A DNA stretch of 35,852 bases from a virus, in IMG/VR virus record IMGVR_UViG_3300027640_000001; one strand, written 5' to 3'. Positions 8,887 to 16,764 of the stretch are shown here, in pieces. Below the pieces are notes generated by a model. That model made no database searches. It was not told the DNA's origin and saw only the letters and a program-made list of their open reading frames with translations. Within the stretch, counting starts at the first letter, position 1. Each line of letters starts with the position of its first letter. Made by a program: the position numbers and the translations under genes.

Positions 8887-9705
8887 TCAGTAAGTGGTGA
8901 GGATTTGCTGGCCGCTGCCGGATACCGACGGGCGCGGTTGCTGGCTGTGGTCCTGGGTGGTGCCGAGCTTTACCTCGAGCTCGGTGACCTTGGCCTCGAG
9001 CGCGGTGAATTTGTCGCCCAGGGTGGTGGATTCGGCGCTGTAGCTGTCCAGGGCGGCCTGCTGCTTTTCGGCAAACTCGACCAGTGCGGTGACCGCATCG
9101 CCCATATCGCCGAAATTGGCTTCGGTTTCCTTGCCTTTGGTGAACAGGGCCTTGACGCGAGCGGCGAGCTCTTTGAAGGCGCTGGACTGCTCGGTGACTT
9201 CCTCGAATTCGAGCGCGGCCTCTTCGGCTGCAGAGAACAGGTTGTCCTTGTCTTGCTTGCGGCTGGTCAGGGTGCCGTGCTGGGCGCTGAACTCCAGGGC
9301 TTCGGTGCCGAGGCTCGCCGGGCTGTCGGTGACGGCCAGACCGATCAGGTAAGCCTTGCCGGTGTCTGCGAACTTGGGCTGGATTTCCATGGAGGTGAAG
9401 ATTTTCTGGCCCTTTTTGTTCAGGGCCAGCAGCGCGTCGTTGGGCTGGATCTGAGCAAACAGCGCGAGCTTGTTTTCGCCGCCGACTTCGACTTCCTCGG
9501 TTTTCAGGGCGAGCACGTCGCCATAGGCGCCGAATTGGGATTCAGGCGACAGGCCCTTGATGTGCTCGACGTTGATGCGAGCGCCATAGGTGTCGCGGTT
9601 GTAGCTGGCGGCCATTTCCTCGAGCCAAGTGCGCTCGATTTTGCGGCCATCGGTGGTTGCGCCTTCGAGGCCGATGCGGAACCAACGGGAGCGGAATTTC
9701 TTCAT
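8887..9705 (-). CDS. gpO: Capsid scaffolding protein gpO-like
   Basis: 272 aa, MKKFRSRWFRIGLEGATTDGRKIERTWLEEMA..., a typical gpO N-terminus. Confidence 0.9.
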   Translation of the reverse strand: MKKFRSRWFRIGLEGATTDGRKIERTWLEEMAASYNRDTYGARINVEHIKGLSPESQFGAYGDVLALKTEEVEVGGENKLALFAQIQPNDALLALNKKGQKIFTSMEIQPKFADTGKAYLIGLAVTDSPASLGTEALEFSAQHGTLTSRKQDKDNLFSAAEEAALEFEEVTEQSSAFKELAARVKALFTKGKETEANFGDMGDAVTALVEFAEKQQAALDSYSAESTTLGDKFTALEAKVTELEVKLGTTQDHSQQPRPSVSGSGQQILTTY

Positions 9706-9795
9706 GGGGGTCGTGTCCTCAGGCTGGCCGCGTTGGCGGCGTTAGCGTTGAGGGCATGGTCGGCAGGCGGCGCGGTCCGGGCAATCGGCCTGCTG

Positions 9796-9814
9796 TGTAC
9801 GCGGGGCAGGTACA
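9796..9814. promoter_or_regulatory. Candidate Ogr-type dyad (TGT-N13-ACA) in the divergent O/P intergenic region
   Basis: TGTACgcggggcagGTACA is palindromic at its ends. It lies 47 nt from the P ATG and 90 nt from the O ATG. Confidence 0.4.
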
Positions 9815-9861
9815 GGGCGCGGCGCTAACGGGCCTCACGCGTGCGCGACACCATCTGCGCC

Positions 9862-11625
9862 ATGAATGCAGCCACCGAACTCCCCGCCCAACGTGATAAC
9901 CGCCGCCAGGCCAAGTTTTTGTACTGGACGGGTTGGCGTATCACCGATATCGCCGACTACCTGGACGAGAAGGAAAAGACCGTCCACAGCTGGAAGGCGC
10001 GGGACGATTGGGACCGGGCGGATAATGTGGAGCGGATCGGCGGTGCGCTGGAAGCCCGCCTGGTTCAGCTGATCCTGAAGGACGGCAAGAGCGGCGGTGA
10101 TTTCAAGGAAATCGACCTGCTGCACCGCCAGCTGGAGCGGCAGGCGCGAATCGAGCGGTTCAAGGGCGGCGGTACCGAGGCAGAACTCAATCCGAATCTG
10201 GATAAGCGCAACGCCGGGCCGAAGGCGAAGCCCAAGCGCAACGAGTTCGCCGAGGAACATATCGAGCAGCTCGAGGAGGCCTTCCGGGATGGCTGTTTCG
10301 GCTATCAGCTGGACTGGTACCGGGCGGGCAACCAGCGGACCCGCGCGATTCTGAAGTCACGCCAGATCGGCGCCACGTACTACTTCGCTCGCGAGGCGCT
10401 GCTCGATGCGCTTGTGACGGGGCGTAATCAGATCTTCCTGTCCGCTTCGAAGAATCAGGCGCACATTTTCAAGGCGTATATCCAGGCGTTCGCCCGCGAG
10501 GTGTGCCAGGTCGAGCTGACCGGCGACCCGATCATTCTGGCCAACGGCGCCGAGCTGCACTTCCTCGGGACCAACGCGCGCACGGCGCAGGGCTACCACG
10601 GCAACTTCTACTTCGACGAATTCTTCTGGACCTTCAAGTTCAACGAGCTGAACAAGGTCGCCAGCGGCATGGCGATGCAAAAGCAGTATCGCCGCACCTA
10701 TTTCTCCACGCCCTCCTCGATGGCCCACGAGGCCTACACGTTCTGGACCGGTGAGCGATTTAACAAGGGCAAACCGGCGGCGCAGCGGATCCAGCTGGAT
10801 GTTTCCCACGATGCCCTGCAGCAGGGTCGGCTGTGCGAGGACCGGATCTGGCGGCAGATCGTAACCATTTTGGATGCCGAGGCGCGCGGCTGCGATCTGT
10901 TCGACATCGAGGAGTTGCGCCAGGAGTACAGCGCCGAGGCGTACGCGAACTTGTTGATGTGTCAGTTCGTCGATGACGGCGCCTCGATCTTCCCGCTCAA
11001 CATGCTGCAGCCCTGCATGGTGGACAGCTGGATCGAGTGGAACGAGGACTACAAGCCGTTCGCCGATCGGCCGTTCGGCGATCGCCAGGTGTGGGTGGGT
11101 TATGACCCGGCCGAAACCGGCGATAGCGCCGGCCTGGTGGTGGTGGCGCCGCCGCTGGTACCAGGCGGCAAATTCCGCGTGCTCGAGCGGCATCAGTTCC
11201 GCGGCATGGACTTCGCCGCCCAAGCCGAGGCGATCCGCCGGGTGACGCTGCGCTATTGGGTGACCTACATCGGCATCGACATGACCGGCATGGGATCGGG
11301 CGTGGCGCAGCTGGTGAAGCAGTTCTTTCCGAACCTGACCACCTTCAGCTACTCGCCGGAAGTGAAAACCCGCCTGGTGTTGAAGGCTTACGACGTGATC
11401 CACAAGGGCCGGCTGGAATTCGACGCCGGCTGGACGGACCTCGCTTCCTCACTGATGGCCATCCGCAAGACCACCACGGCCAGCGGCCGGCAGATGACCT
11501 ATACCGCCGGGCGCACCGATGACACCGGCCACGCCGACCTGGCCTGGGCGCTGTTCCATGCCCTGCACAACGAGCCGCTCGAGGGCATGACCGCCCAGAA
11601 CACCAGCTTTATGGAGATTTACTGA
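9862..11625 (+). CDS. gpP: Terminase large (ATPase) subunit gpP-like
   Basis: RRQAKFLYWTGWRITDIADYL...HSWKARDDWD is a P2 gpP-like N-terminus. The ATG at 9862 is preferred over the GTG at 9841. Confidence 0.9.
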   Translation: MNAATELPAQRDNRRQAKFLYWTGWRITDIADYLDEKEKTVHSWKARDDWDRADNVERIGGALEARLVQLILKDGKSGGDFKEIDLLHRQLERQARIERFKGGGTEAELNPNLDKRNAGPKAKPKRNEFAEEHIEQLEEAFRDGCFGYQLDWYRAGNQRTRAILKSRQIGATYYFAREALLDALVTGRNQIFLSASKNQAHIFKAYIQAFAREVCQVELTGDPIILANGAELHFLGTNARTAQGYHGNFYFDEFFWTFKFNELNKVASGMAMQKQYRRTYFSTPSSMAHEAYTFWTGERFNKGKPAAQRIQLDVSHDALQQGRLCEDRIWRQIVTILDAEARGCDLFDIEELRQEYSAEAYANLLMCQFVDDGASIFPLNMLQPCMVDSWIEWNEDYKPFADRPFGDRQVWVGYDPAETGDSAGLVVVAPPLVPGGKFRVLERHQFRGMDFAAQAEAIRRVTLRYWVTYIGIDMTGMGSGVAQLVKQFFPNLTTFSYSPEVKTRLVLKAYDVIHKGRLEFDAGWTDLASSLMAIRKTTTASGRQMTYTAGRTDDTGHADLAWALFHALHNEPLEGMTAQNTSFMEIY

Positions 11626-12626
11626 TGACTAGCAACATTGCCGCCGCACCTGCCCCGGGCATAGAGGCTTTCACATTCGGCGATCCGATGCCGGTACTCG
11701 ATGGGCGAGAGCTGCTCGATTATCTGGAGTGCTGGCTGAATGGTCGTTGGTACGAACCGCCGCTGTCGCTGGATGGGCTGGCGAAGTCGACCAGGGCGAG
11801 CGTGTTCCTGCAGTCGGGGCTCAACTTCAAGCGCAACATGCTCGAGCGGACCTTCATTCCGCACAAGCTGCTGAGCCGGCAAGCGTTCGGCCAGTTCGCC
11901 CTGGACTGGCTGTGGTGTGGCAATGCGTACCTGGAGCGGCGGCAGAACATGCTCGGCCAAGCGCTGAGCCTGCAGCCAACGCTGGCCAAGTACATGCGGC
12001 GCGGGGCTGACCTTGAGACCTACTACCAGGTGCGCGGCTGGCAGGACGAACACGAATTTGCAGCGGGCACCATCTGCCATCTGCGCGAGGCGGATATTAA
12101 CCAGGAGGTGTACGGGTTGCCGGAATGGTTGTCCGCGCTGCAATCGGCGCTGCTGAACGAGTCAGCCACCCTCTTCCGCCGTCGCTACTACCAGAACGGG
12201 TCCCACGCCGGATTCATTATGTACATGACCGACGCGGCGCAGAAGGAAGAAGACGTCGACGCCCTGCGCACCGCGCTGAAGTCAGCTAAGGGGCCGGGCA
12301 ACTTCCGCAACCTGTTCATGTACGCACCTGGTGGCAAGAAGGACGGCATCCAGCTGCTGCCGGTGAGCGAGGTGGCGGCGAAGGATGAGTTCGGTTCGAT
12401 CAAGAACATCAGCCGCGATGATCTACTCGCCGCGCTGCGAATCCCGCCACAGCTGATGGGCATCGTGCCGCAGAACGCCGGGGGGTTTGGTTCGCTGCGC
12501 GAGGCCGCCGAGGTGTGGGCGGTCAACGAGCTCGAGCCGATCCAGGCAAGGCTGGCTCAGGTGAATGAGTGGGTTGGGGATGAGGTGGTTCGCTTCCGGC
12601 CGTTTGAGTTGCCAGAACGAGTATGA
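11625..12626 (+). CDS. gpQ: Portal protein gpQ-like
   Basis: 333 aa. Its start overlaps the P stop (TGATG). The P-then-Q order matches P2. Confidence 0.9.
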   Translation: MTSNIAAAPAPGIEAFTFGDPMPVLDGRELLDYLECWLNGRWYEPPLSLDGLAKSTRASVFLQSGLNFKRNMLERTFIPHKLLSRQAFGQFALDWLWCGNAYLERRQNMLGQALSLQPTLAKYMRRGADLETYYQVRGWQDEHEFAAGTICHLREADINQEVYGLPEWLSALQSALLNESATLFRRRYYQNGSHAGFIMYMTDAAQKEEDVDALRTALKSAKGPGNFRNLFMYAPGGKKDGIQLLPVSEVAAKDEFGSIKNISRDDLLAALRIPPQLMGIVPQNAGGFGSLREAAEVWAVNELEPIQARLAQVNEWVGDEVVRFRPFELPERV

Positions 12627-12716
12627 ACGCTGCATGCGGTAAGCGTACTAACTGCCGGGATCAGAACACCAAAGCGTTGCAGGTCCTCGGTGAGCTCGAG
12701 AACGCAACGAAAACGC

Positions 12717-13331
12717 TCACAGATTCAGTATGTCTTTCATGTCGCTATCAAGTTTGGAGTAGTGATGAGTCCATTCGAGTAGGTCCAAAACGTCCTTCGC
12801 CAGAGACTGATGGGGCTCTTTCATCACGAATCGTTCTGGATTCTGCTGATTCAGTGTTTGAAACGTTTCAACCCAGGTACTGCGATCACGACCTCTGATA
12901 ACTTTCCCCCTCTCGTTCAGTTCAGGTTCGAGGCGAGTCTCTTCGTAGTGCATAGCTTGATTTCGGCCGTGCCAAATCAAATCTCTGATGCATGTGCCGG
13001 ATAGCTCCCTACCTTCTGGGCCGTTTGTTCGATCTCGGTAACGCATTGAAAGCGCCTGCTTAGCAATCTGAAGTATTGCTCCAGCTGCCACGCCGATCAG
13101 AAGCTCGCCTGTAGCAAGACCATTTTCGTTTGCGCGGAGCTTCATCCGTACACGATCTAATCCCTCGGCGTAAGCGTCAGGCACCCCGTCAAACAGAGCT
13201 AGCGTCTCTTCGTTTGCGCGACGAGATACCTCCAGCGCTTCCTGCGCGATTATCTGCAGATTTATCGAGCTATGTAGCTGCAGGAGCATCCCTTGGGCAC
13301 GATTGTAAAAAGCAGTCGCTTGCTCACTCAT
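12717..13331 (-). CDS. Low-GC moron: 204-aa helical protein with an RNxxxH (HEPN-type) motif
   Basis: The clean ORF is convergent with Q. A hand count of line 12721-12780 gives 40% GC. The motif is IWHGRNQAMHYEE (R123...H128). Confidence 0.7.
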   Translation of the reverse strand: MSEQATAFYNRAQGMLLQLHSSINLQIIAQEALEVSRRANEETLALFDGVPDAYAEGLDRVRMKLRANENGLATGELLIGVAAGAILQIAKQALSMRYRDRTNGPEGRELSGTCIRDLIWHGRNQAMHYEETRLEPELNERGKVIRGRDRSTWVETFQTLNQQNPERFVMKEPHQSLAKDVLDLLEWTHHYSKLDSDMKDILNL

Positions 13332-13520
13332 GATCGCTTGCTCGGTGATTGATTGTTCATGTCATCGGCTACCACTTCAACACACTGAGGGGACCCGGTG
13401 CGATGTACAGCCTACCCCGTAGGTCTAGCACGCTTCGGAGAAAGCGCCACCCGGCGCGCGCCGTTGTCCCCCCACCTCACCTGCGGGCTAAAGAGGTCTC
13501 TTTTTCTGCGCCCCTGCACC

Positions 13521-13539
13521 ATGCCCTGCCCGCCCCGCT
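13521..13539 (-). other. Candidate cos cohesive-end core
   Basis: The minus strand reads AGCGGGGCGGGCAGGGCAT. This matches about 13-14 of 19 positions of the P2/186 cohesive ends as I recall them (GGCGAGGCGGGGAAAGCAC / GGCGTGGCGGGGAAAGCAT). Its orientation relative to Q is the same as in P2. Confidence 0.35.
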
Positions 13540-13650
13540 GCTGCCGCTGGTGAGGTGATCGGCACTTAAGGAATACCTGCGGAACCCTGCGAAGGTGCGC
13601 CTCCTCCATGAGCTCCTGCGAGCTCAGATTTCTAAACCAATTCTGCAAAC

Positions 13651-13926
13651 GGGTAATTTTGGTAAGGAGGCGTTTTTACCCGGCTGGAAGCCCCGCATTT
13701 GCTGGGCTGTGGCACTTACCTCGAAAGGTAATTTTGGGTAAGGCAAAAGGTAATTTTTTTGCAAGTAACTGATTTACAAAGGATTCGTAAATCGATCACC
13801 TAACCAGCGCTAGAGGTAAGTTGCTTACCTACTTATTACCCAATTATTACCTTTGAGAAGATCGGTTAAGTCGTTGATAGAGAAGGACTTTCAGGCGTTT
13901 CCGGAACGACCTTACCAAAATTACCC
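13651..13926. repeat. AT-rich cluster of GGTAA/TTACC repeats (candidate integrase arm-type sites)
   Basis: The 17-bp perfect inverted repeat gggtaattttggtaagg (13651-13667) / ccttaccaaaattaccc (13910-13926). Related copies lie at 13726-13743 and 13748-13760. There is a palindrome AGGTAAG-TTG-CTTACCT at 13814-13830, and TTATTACC occurs twice (13833, 13844). Confidence 0.6.
13867..13879 (-). promoter_or_regulatory. IHF-consensus match (WATCAANNNNTTR)
   Basis: The minus strand reads tATCAAcgacTTA, inside the arm-repeat region. Confidence 0.4.
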
Positions 13927-14050
13927 ATTTTTTTGGGGTCAGGCGAAATCGCGGGCTTTGCCTCTGGGGCGGGTTTTTCTTCCTGCCGCACTCGCTCTGT
14001 TGGGACCATTCTGGGACCGCTCATACAGCCGTTTCCGCACCCTAGAAACG

Positions 14051-14079
14051 CTGAAGGCCCCGGAATACGGGGCCTTCAG
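14051..14079. other. Perfect 11-bp stem hairpin next to the attP core
   Basis: CTGAAGGCCCC-ggaatac-GGGGCCTTCAG. Confidence 0.5.
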
Positions 14080-14088
14080 TTCGCGATA

Positions 14089-14111
14089 TGGCGGAGGAGG
14101 TGAGATTCGAA
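14089..14111 (-). other. attP core candidate: the 3' end of a tRNA (Ser-like), not a complete tRNA gene
   Basis: The minus strand reads TTCGAATCTCACCTCCTCCGCCA. This gives a T-loop, a T-stem 3' half, a 7-nt acceptor strand, discriminator G and CCA. The expected 5' half of the T-stem is degenerate (ttgat). TGGGACC repeats flank it at 14001, 14012 and 14174. Confidence 0.6.
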
Positions 14112-14210
14112 ATCAACGCCCGCCCGCCTGGAGCACGCATGGTTGCTGGCTTGGTGATGGATTTTCATTCGAGTGGGACCGTCTTGGGGCCAGGCTGGGG
14201 CCGGGCAGGC

Positions 14211-14237
14211 AAGAAAAAGCCCCGTCCTGCGGGGCTT
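14211..14237 (-). terminator. Rho-independent terminator downstream of int
   Basis: On the minus strand, AAGCCCCG-caggA-CGGGGCTT is followed by TTTTTCTT. Confidence 0.7.
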
Positions 14238-14264
14238 CTGGCGTATTTGGCGTGGGGCTGGGGT

Positions 14265-15434
14265 TTAGAGGTTGAGCTGGCGCTCTACCAGGGCGGTCAT
14301 GTCGGCGGCGTCGTTGCGGATCCACTTGCCGTAGTGCTGGTGGATCATGGCGGTCGAGGTATGCCCCATCTGTTCGGCGATCCAATCCAGCGGCACCACC
14401 CCGCTGGTGAGCATCTGGCTGGCGAAGGTGTGCCGGGAATGGTTCGGCCCTCGGTGACGTACCTTTGCTGCTTTCAGGTGCGCATTCCACCAGCCGTTGC
14501 GCAGATTATCGGCGGTCGCATAGCCCCCATCGGTATGCGAGTTATGGAACACGAACCGCACGTTCTGCTTGCGCACCGTGCGGTTGTCCCGATCGGTGAC
14601 CTCGATCTCCACCGCTGGCATTTTTTCCGTTCGCTCCGCTTGCGCACGTAGTGCTTCAAGAGCGGGCTTCAATAACTTCAGCCGCCGAGTTGAGCGCCTC
14701 GTCTTGGTCACCTTGTACGCGCTGCGCACCCGCGCGCGCTTGAACGTGACCTCGCCCCGCTCCAGGTCAACATCCTCCCAGGCCAGCGCGATCGCCTCGC
14801 TCACCCGCGGGCCTGCCCAGATCATGAACTGAACCAGGGCCAGCTCCTGCTCCCGACCGGGCGAAGGCGTGTTCAGGATGGCGTCAATCTCGGCCCGCTC
14901 GAACGGGTCCGGATCCTGGCTATCGGGCAGCCTGATCACGATGCCTTCCGTAGGATCGAACGCCACCTTGTTGCTCGTGCGGTACAGCTGGAAGATCTGC
15001 CGAACAATGGCGACGATTTCCCTCACCGTCTTGTTGTGCAGCTTGGGCATCAGCTTCTTCTGCACCCAGCCCTGCATTTCAACGAAGCTGATGTCCTCGG
15101 CCTGCCGCTGCCCCCACTGCGGTCGGATGTGGTTCTCGATGCGGCTCTCGTGGCTATCGATCGAGGACTTGGAAAGCTCGTTACGCTTGATATCCAGCCA
15201 GAGGTCGATCCAGTGACCGAAGTTGCTCTCCTTCACGTGGGGCGAATCAGGAAAGTAACGCGCATAGTTGAACGTGCCCGCCTGGATCTCATGCTTGATG
15301 ATCGAAACCAGCCGCTCTGCCTTCTCGATATTCCCCGGCGTCGGTGCCCCGGGAAACGGCTCCTTATGGCGCCTGCCCTCGTATCGAAAATCTAACCGCA
15401 GCGAGTTGCCGCGAATTTCTACTCCATTTGCCAT
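14265..15434 (-). CDS. int: Tyrosine integrase
   Basis: ATG at 15434 (MANGVEIRGNSLRLDFRYEG...). The C-terminal region HSRHTFASQML...GHTSTAMIHQHYGKW carries the R-H-R-Y type catalytic signature. Confidence 0.9.
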   Translation of the reverse strand: MANGVEIRGNSLRLDFRYEGRRHKEPFPGAPTPGNIEKAERLVSIIKHEIQAGTFNYARYFPDSPHVKESNFGHWIDLWLDIKRNELSKSSIDSHESRIENHIRPQWGQRQAEDISFVEMQGWVQKKLMPKLHNKTVREIVAIVRQIFQLYRTSNKVAFDPTEGIVIRLPDSQDPDPFERAEIDAILNTPSPGREQELALVQFMIWAGPRVSEAIALAWEDVDLERGEVTFKRARVRSAYKVTKTRRSTRRLKLLKPALEALRAQAERTEKMPAVEIEVTDRDNRTVRKQNVRFVFHNSHTDGGYATADNLRNGWWNAHLKAAKVRHRGPNHSRHTFASQMLTSGVVPLDWIAEQMGHTSTAMIHQHYGKWIRNDAADMTALVERQLNL

Positions 15435-15534
15435 TTGCGTCCCCACGCTATCGGTGAAGGGGCACTGTACGAGCGCCCCACAGCCAGCAACAGAAAAGGC
15501 CCGTTGCCGGGCCAAGAATCTGCTGGGTTGATTT

Positions 15535-15813
15535 CTAGGTGAGCCACTCCGAGCGGCGGCGCCACTGGCGGCGCATTTCCTCGACCAGGCGCTCGGCTGA
15601 GGCCTGGCCGCGCTTCTTAGCGATCAGCTCAGTGAGTTCCTGGATACGCTCGGGCGTGCTGTAGCCCTTGCGCAGCCAAGTGCGCGCCTCGCATTCCTGC
15701 ATGGCTTGGCGGACATCGTCAGCCACGGCGGCGCGCTTTTCGGTTGGGTTTGACGCCACCCCGCGCGGTTGCTCGCCAACTGACAAACGTCGCGACGTTA
15801 CCGGCCTCGTCAC
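15535..15813 (-). CDS. Hypothetical early protein (start uncertain)
   Basis: The ORF overlaps the upstream ORF by 95 nt if full length. The internal ATG at 15702 (MQECEARTWLRKGYSTPERIQEL...) is a plausible true start. Confidence 0.5.
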   Translation of the reverse strand: MTRPVTSRRLSVGEQPRGVASNPTEKRAAVADDVRQAMQECEARTWLRKGYSTPERIQELTELIAKKRGQASAERLVEEMRRQWRRRSEWLT

Positions 15814-16021
15814 CGATGGCGCCTATCGTGTGATCCATGATGGCGCGCAGCTCCTCGAACGTAGCGTGCTGGATGGTTTTGGTGCTCTCAACCAGCGTGC
15901 GGCCGTCCGGGGTTTTGATCAGGTACTCGACGGACCAGCGCATCGGCCGGCGCGGCAGCGTTCCGCTGACCTGGGCTCGTTCGTTGGGCATCTCGGTGGA
16001 ATAAAACACGGTGCAGGTCAT
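15719..16021 (-). CDS. Hypothetical early protein (100 aa)
   Basis: The ORF has an ATGA junction with the upstream gene at 16018-16021. Confidence 0.5.
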   Translation of the reverse strand: MTCTVFYSTEMPNERAQVSGTLPRRPMRWSVEYLIKTPDGRTLVESTKTIQHATFEELRAIMDHTIGAIGDEAGNVATFVSWRATARGGVKPNRKARRRG

Positions 16022-16263
16022 GTCCGGTTCTCCCGTCGCGCTAGATGTCGGTTCAGTTGCCCTGGATGAACAAACAACTCCACGCCGCTGCGCAGCAGGT
16101 CACGCTGGGATTCGCGCAGCAGGGACGGGTCCAGCTCGAGCTTCCGGGCCAGCGCCTCGGCGGCCCAGCGGGCGCCGATTGTGTTGCTGGCGGTGCGCTT
16201 CTCGCCGCGCACAGTGGCCACGTAGGTCATGCCGGTGAAGCGAGTGCGGATTTCAACGGGCAT
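16018..16263 (-). CDS. Hypothetical early protein (81 aa)
   Basis: The ORF lies in the early operon and overlaps both neighbours. Confidence 0.5.
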   Translation of the reverse strand: MPVEIRTRFTGMTYVATVRGEKRTASNTIGARWAAEALARKLELDPSLLRESQRDLLRSGVELFVHPGQLNRHLARRENRT

Positions 16264-16552
16264 GGGTCACCTCCCCCTGGAACAGCAGCTCCCAGGATGA
16301 AGCCACATCCGCGCGCTTTTTCTTGCCCGCGTTGCGATTGATCACGCTGGGGGTTTCCGCGTAGCAGGCTTTGCAGATGCTGCCGAGCCCATCGGGCCGG
16401 CCTGCCTGGCGGTAGAAAAACTCGGTGTCGGCCGGCCAAAACTCGTCACACTTGTTACAGCGCTTCTCCGGCGTGTCGAACGGCGGGTGCTGGCGGTGGT
16501 GCATCGCTGCGTTATGCTCTGCCCCGCCTTCCTTCGGTTGATTCACTTGCAT
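16253..16552 (-). CDS. Hypothetical protein with a CxxC...CxxC zinc-ribbon-like motif
   Basis: The motif is RCNKCDEFWPADTEFFYRQAGRPDGLGSICKACY. A strong SD AAGGAG precedes the ATG. Confidence 0.6.
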   Translation of the reverse strand: MQVNQPKEGGAEHNAAMHHRQHPPFDTPEKRCNKCDEFWPADTEFFYRQAGRPDGLGSICKACYAETPSVINRNAGKKKRADVASSWELLFQGEVTHAR

Positions 16553-16568
16553 GGTGCTTCTCCTTGGG
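16542..16568. repeat. 27-bp exact repeat covering SD, ATG and the first codons (copy 1)
   Basis: ttcacttgcatggtgcttctccttggg is identical to 17552..17578. Confidence 0.9.
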
Positions 16569-16614
16569 TTTGGTCAGGCCCTGGTGAGTTGCCGCTCTCC
16601 GGGGCCTTCTTGTT

Positions 16615-16755
16615 TCAGCGTGCGATCAGCAGGAACAGGTCCGGCAGGTGGTTGGCTGCGGTCAGCAGCGCGGCCAGGCCGCCGCCGATCCAGCCGCTCA
16701 TGGCCAGCCGGGCACGAAGGCTGAGGCTGGGTTCGTCATCTTCGTAGTGGTCCAT
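16615..16755 (-). CDS. Possible small membrane protein (46 aa), below the ORF-track size cutoff
   Basis: MDHYEDDEPSLSLRARLAMSGWIGGGLAALLTAANHLPDLFLLIAR. AAGGG lies 7 nt upstream of the ATG. The ORF fills an otherwise empty 210-nt gap. Confidence 0.35.
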   Translation of the reverse strand: MDHYEDDEPSLSLRARLAMSGWIGGGLAALLTAANHLPDLFLLIAR

Positions 16756-16764
16756 GCCGCGCCC

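Noticed and set aside
7093-9828. 911-aa plus-strand ORF (similar giants at 17626-20301, 27703-28815, 30794-32086 and 33042-34361)
   Set aside because: These lie antisense to well-supported structural or replication genes. Their products are low-complexity and rich in G/A/V/L/R/D, as expected from stop-codon depletion in the mirror frame of high-GC coding DNA. They have no SD and no synteny support.
12627-12716. Terminator or cos between Q and the convergent moron
   Set aside because: Only short imperfect stems are present, with no T-tract and no G-rich P2-like cos motif. The cos candidate lies on the other side of the moron.
13651-13926. Repeated GGTAATTTTGGTAAGG-type units as a CRISPR array or iterons
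   Set aside because: The units are short and irregularly spaced, occur in both orientations, and sit between cos and attP next to int. This fits recombination arm sites better than CRISPR repeats. There are no uniform repeat-spacer units.
14089-14111. Possible tRNA gene
   Set aside because: Only the T-loop, the 3' T-stem strand, the acceptor strand and CCA are present. The 5' T-stem partner is degenerate, and no D or anticodon arms can be built upstream. I interpret it as an attP core copied from a host tRNA.
13853-14651. ORFs 13853-14275 (+) and 14088-14651 (+)
   Set aside because: They run through the att region, the terminator hairpins and the antisense strand of int. They have no SD and an implausible composition.
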